64,000 nt of DNA. Origin: Candidatus Cloacimonadales bacterium (GTDB taxonomy: Bacteria > Cloacimonadota > Cloacimonadia > Cloacimonadales > JAFGVF01). The DNA lies in assembly GCA_963667035.1 (NCBI GenBank), contig OY762964.1:2816001-2880000 (forward strand). The letters run 5' to 3'. Every line of letters begins with the position of its first letter. The first letter of the stretch is position 1. The translations under genes were made by a program, and so were the position numbers. A model generated the notes under the pieces. The model was not told where the DNA came from. It saw nothing but the letters and a program-made list of their open reading frames with translations, and searched no databases. This document shows positions 61,711 to 64,000 of the stretch, piece after piece.

Positions 61711-62331
61711 CTAATAATTTACAATAATATCCTTAACTTGTGGATATTTTTCCAAATGTTCTTTTATCTCTTCTACAACATTATCGCGATATGTATCAAA
61801 TTTAGGTACATCCAAATCGACTGTTGCTATTCCATCTTCAAGTCCGATATATTTTACCATCTTGAGGCTGACTATGTCTTCTCCTACCTGTGGATAAATT
61901 ACTTTTTTAAGTTCATCGACAATTGTCTCCTTTGTAAACTCGGGAGCTTCGATTAAGCCTTTAGCTATTTCATAATTCTGGATGGCAGATCTCAAAGTAT
62001 CTACTGCTAATACAGAACAATGCATTTTTACCGGAGGCAGACCGTCTAAAGCTGATGCCGCTTCTTTCCAAGTTATATCCTTTGCATCTTCAATCGTCTT
62101 ACCCATAGCTAAATCAGTAATTATGGAACCGGTTGCAATATTGGAAGCACAACCATAGGACTGGAATTTTATATCTTCTATCACTTTGGTATCTTCATTG
62201 ACTTTCAAGTAAACCGTAACCTGATCTCCACAAGCAGGGCTACCCTCAGTTGCGACAGCATCCGGGTGTTCCATCTTCCCAACATTATGGGGATTCATGA
62301 AGTGATCAATCACCTTTTGTGAATATTGCAT
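61711..62331 (-). CDS. iscU: Fe-S scaffold IscU/NifU-N fused to a C-terminal DUF59-like domain
   Basis: YSQKVIDHFMNPHNVG, ACGD, GCAS, KMHCS; tail LKKVIYPQVGEDIVSLKMV. Confidence 0.88.
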   Translation of the reverse strand: MQYSQKVIDHFMNPHNVGKMEHPDAVATEGSPACGDQVTVYLKVNEDTKVIEDIKFQSYGCASNIATGSIITDLAMGKTIEDAKDITWKEAASALDGLPPVKMHCSVLAVDTLRSAIQNYEIAKGLIEAPEFTKETIVDELKKVIYPQVGEDIVSLKMVKYIGLEDGIATVDLDVPKFDTYRDNVVEEIKEHLEKYPQVKDIIVNY

Positions 62332-62344
62332 TTTTACCTCTATA

Positions 62345-63529
62345 TTATTTATTTTCTTTCAAGTATAAGGGACTGCGAGAACGTAGTGTCTCGACTATAT
62401 TCTTTAATTTATCTACCATGTAGTCGATTTCTTCTATAGTATTGTAACGGCTGACCGTGAACTTTATAGAACCATGAGATTGGACATGAGTCTTCCCCAT
62501 TGCCATAAGAACATAGTTAGCTTGAAGACCTTGAGAAGCACAAGCACTACCTGTAGCAACAGTGATTCCGTTTATATCAAGCATCATGGTTATTGCTTCG
62601 CCTTCGATGAAGTCAAATGAGATATTCATATTATGGGGAGCTCTTCTTTCACCCATTGCTCCATTCACGGATGTATACTTAATCTCGGCTTGGACTTTCT
62701 TAAGTATATAATCTGAAAGCTTTCTCAGATAGTTCGCATTCTCGTCAAACTTACTGAAATTCATCTCAATAGCTTTAATAAATCCGGCTATCCCGGCAAT
62801 ATTGATACCACCCGTATTTAAGCCGTCAATACGCTTTACTCCGTGTATTGTTGAAGATAAGGGAGTTCCTTTTCTCACATACAATGCACCGACACCTTGC
62901 GGTCCATGAATCTTATGAGCTGATATTGCCATAGTATCAATTGCAAGTTCGTTCATATCCAGTTTCACTTTTCCATAAGCCTGGCAAGCATCCGCATGAA
63001 AGAATATCTTATGATCAGCTTCTTTCAGAACTTTTGAGTAATCCTCAATCGGTTGTAATGTACCGACAACATGGTTTGCTACTGAAGTCAGGAACATGAT
63101 AGTATCCGGTCTAATTGCTTGTTTAAGCTTTTCAGCACTTACAAACCCTTCTTTGTCAGTTTCCAGATAAGTGACTTCAAATCCTGTGTTTTCAAAGAAG
63201 GCAAGGTTTGTCAGTATATCCGGATAGTCCACATTTGAGGCAATAATATGTGTTCCCCTGGATGAGTTAGCCATTAATACGCCTTTAATGGCAATGTTGT
63301 TGGCTAAGGTTCCACCGGAAGTAAAATGTATTTCATTTTCTTTAGCACCAATAGTGTCTGCTAATGTATTGGCAAAAGATTTTAAAGCTGAAGCAATCTC
63401 CTCGGATGTACTGAAGAAATTACCGGGAAACCAATATTTTTCTTCCCAATAGACTTTCATTGCATCCAGAACTTCCGGAGCAGGTTTAGTCGTTACGCAA
63501 TTGTCCAAGTATATTCTTTCCAAATCCAT
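62345..63529 (-). CDS. iscS: IscS/NifS-family cysteine desulfurase (divergent)
   Basis: YLDN..TT, FTSGGT, HADACQ, SAHKIHGP and ATGSACAS; lies between an Rrf2 gene and iscU. Confidence 0.85.
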   Translation of the reverse strand: MDLERIYLDNCVTTKPAPEVLDAMKVYWEEKYWFPGNFFSTSEEIASALKSFANTLADTIGAKENEIHFTSGGTLANNIAIKGVLMANSSRGTHIIASNVDYPDILTNLAFFENTGFEVTYLETDKEGFVSAEKLKQAIRPDTIMFLTSVANHVVGTLQPIEDYSKVLKEADHKIFFHADACQAYGKVKLDMNELAIDTMAISAHKIHGPQGVGALYVRKGTPLSSTIHGVKRIDGLNTGGINIAGIAGFIKAIEMNFSKFDENANYLRKLSDYILKKVQAEIKYTSVNGAMGERRAPHNMNISFDFIEGEAITMMLDINGITVATGSACASQGLQANYVLMAMGKTHVQSHGSIKFTVSRYNTIEEIDYMVDKLKNIVETLRSRSPLYLKENK

Positions 63530-63947
63530 CTTTATCTCCTGATATTCTATCTATCACATCGCTGAGTTTAATAGAATCCATATAACTTCTTATGTTTTTG
63601 TATATATCTGTCCACAGAGCTTCAATCACACATGGATGACCTATACAGAATTCATGTTCTTTGCTTTTCCTCTGACAATAAACCATGTACGGTGCATCTT
63701 CAACGGCAGTGATTAACTCATGCAAAGTAATTTCGGAGGCATCTCTTGCAAGCCTATATCCACCTTTGGAACCGGGAGAACTGGTCACTATACCATTCTT
63801 CTTCATCTCTCGGAATAGGTGCTCAAGATATTTTGCCGGTAACTTCTGGTTATCACTAATGGAGCGAATCGATAATGGTTCTCCGTTATTCCTCGCAATC
63901 TCTATCAGTGCTCTTAATGAATACTCTGTTTTAGATGTTATCTGCAT
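63486..63947 (-). CDS. iscR: Rrf2-family (IscR-like) regulator
   Basis: MQITSKTEYSLRAL, YLEHLF, GSKGGYRLA and three Cys. Start at ATG 63947 after GGGAGG. Confidence 0.8.
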   Translation of the reverse strand: MQITSKTEYSLRALIEIARNNGEPLSIRSISDNQKLPAKYLEHLFREMKKNGIVTSSPGSKGGYRLARDASEITLHELITAVEDAPYMVYCQRKSKEHEFCIGHPCVIEALWTDIYKNIRSYMDSIKLSDVIDRISGDKDGFGKNILGQLRND

Positions 63948-63961
63948 ACTTCCTCCCGTAA

Positions 63962-63986
63962 ATAACATAGTACTAAACTAGGATAT
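63962..63986. promoter_or_regulatory. Candidate Rrf2 autoregulatory operator
   Basis: ATAACATAGT-ACTAA-ACTAGGATAT, a 25-bp imperfect inverted repeat (8/10) just upstream of the SD. Confidence 0.5.
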
Positions 63987-64000
63987 TGCAAATAATGACA

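Overview
Low-GC, gene-dense chromosomal window that contains the replication origin of a diderm, probably anaerobic bacterium. Candidatus Cloacimonadota or another FCB-related lineage is my best inference, from the '...TKKMILMK' C-terminal sorting-domain proteins and the PorX-like and PorV-like genes. dnaA (6125-7459) is flanked on both sides by DnaA-box clusters. Downstream lies a Bacillus-like unwinding module (two overlapping boxes, CCC, DnaA-trios, T-tract), and two parS sites lie at 15.9 and 22.9 kb. dnaN, gyrB and parAB are not in the window. The remainder is housekeeping and envelope genes (surA, pgpA, yajC, def, fmt, lptE, ychF, ftsK, lolA, manC, queD, engB, pfk, rmuC, panB, tgt, rseP, isc), secreted or surface proteins, and signalling genes. 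The most unusual points are: a PorV-like gene switched off by an exact 17-bp tandem duplication; an 11-bp-periodic palindromic element; a sigma-54-type promoter with no ORF behind it; a probable ATT start for tgt; a ParZ/PFam49-like orphan gene; and an IscS lacking its PLP-stacking His. I found no rRNA, tRNA, CRISPR array or intact mobile element. All family assignments come from motif recognition by eye; no database searches were run.
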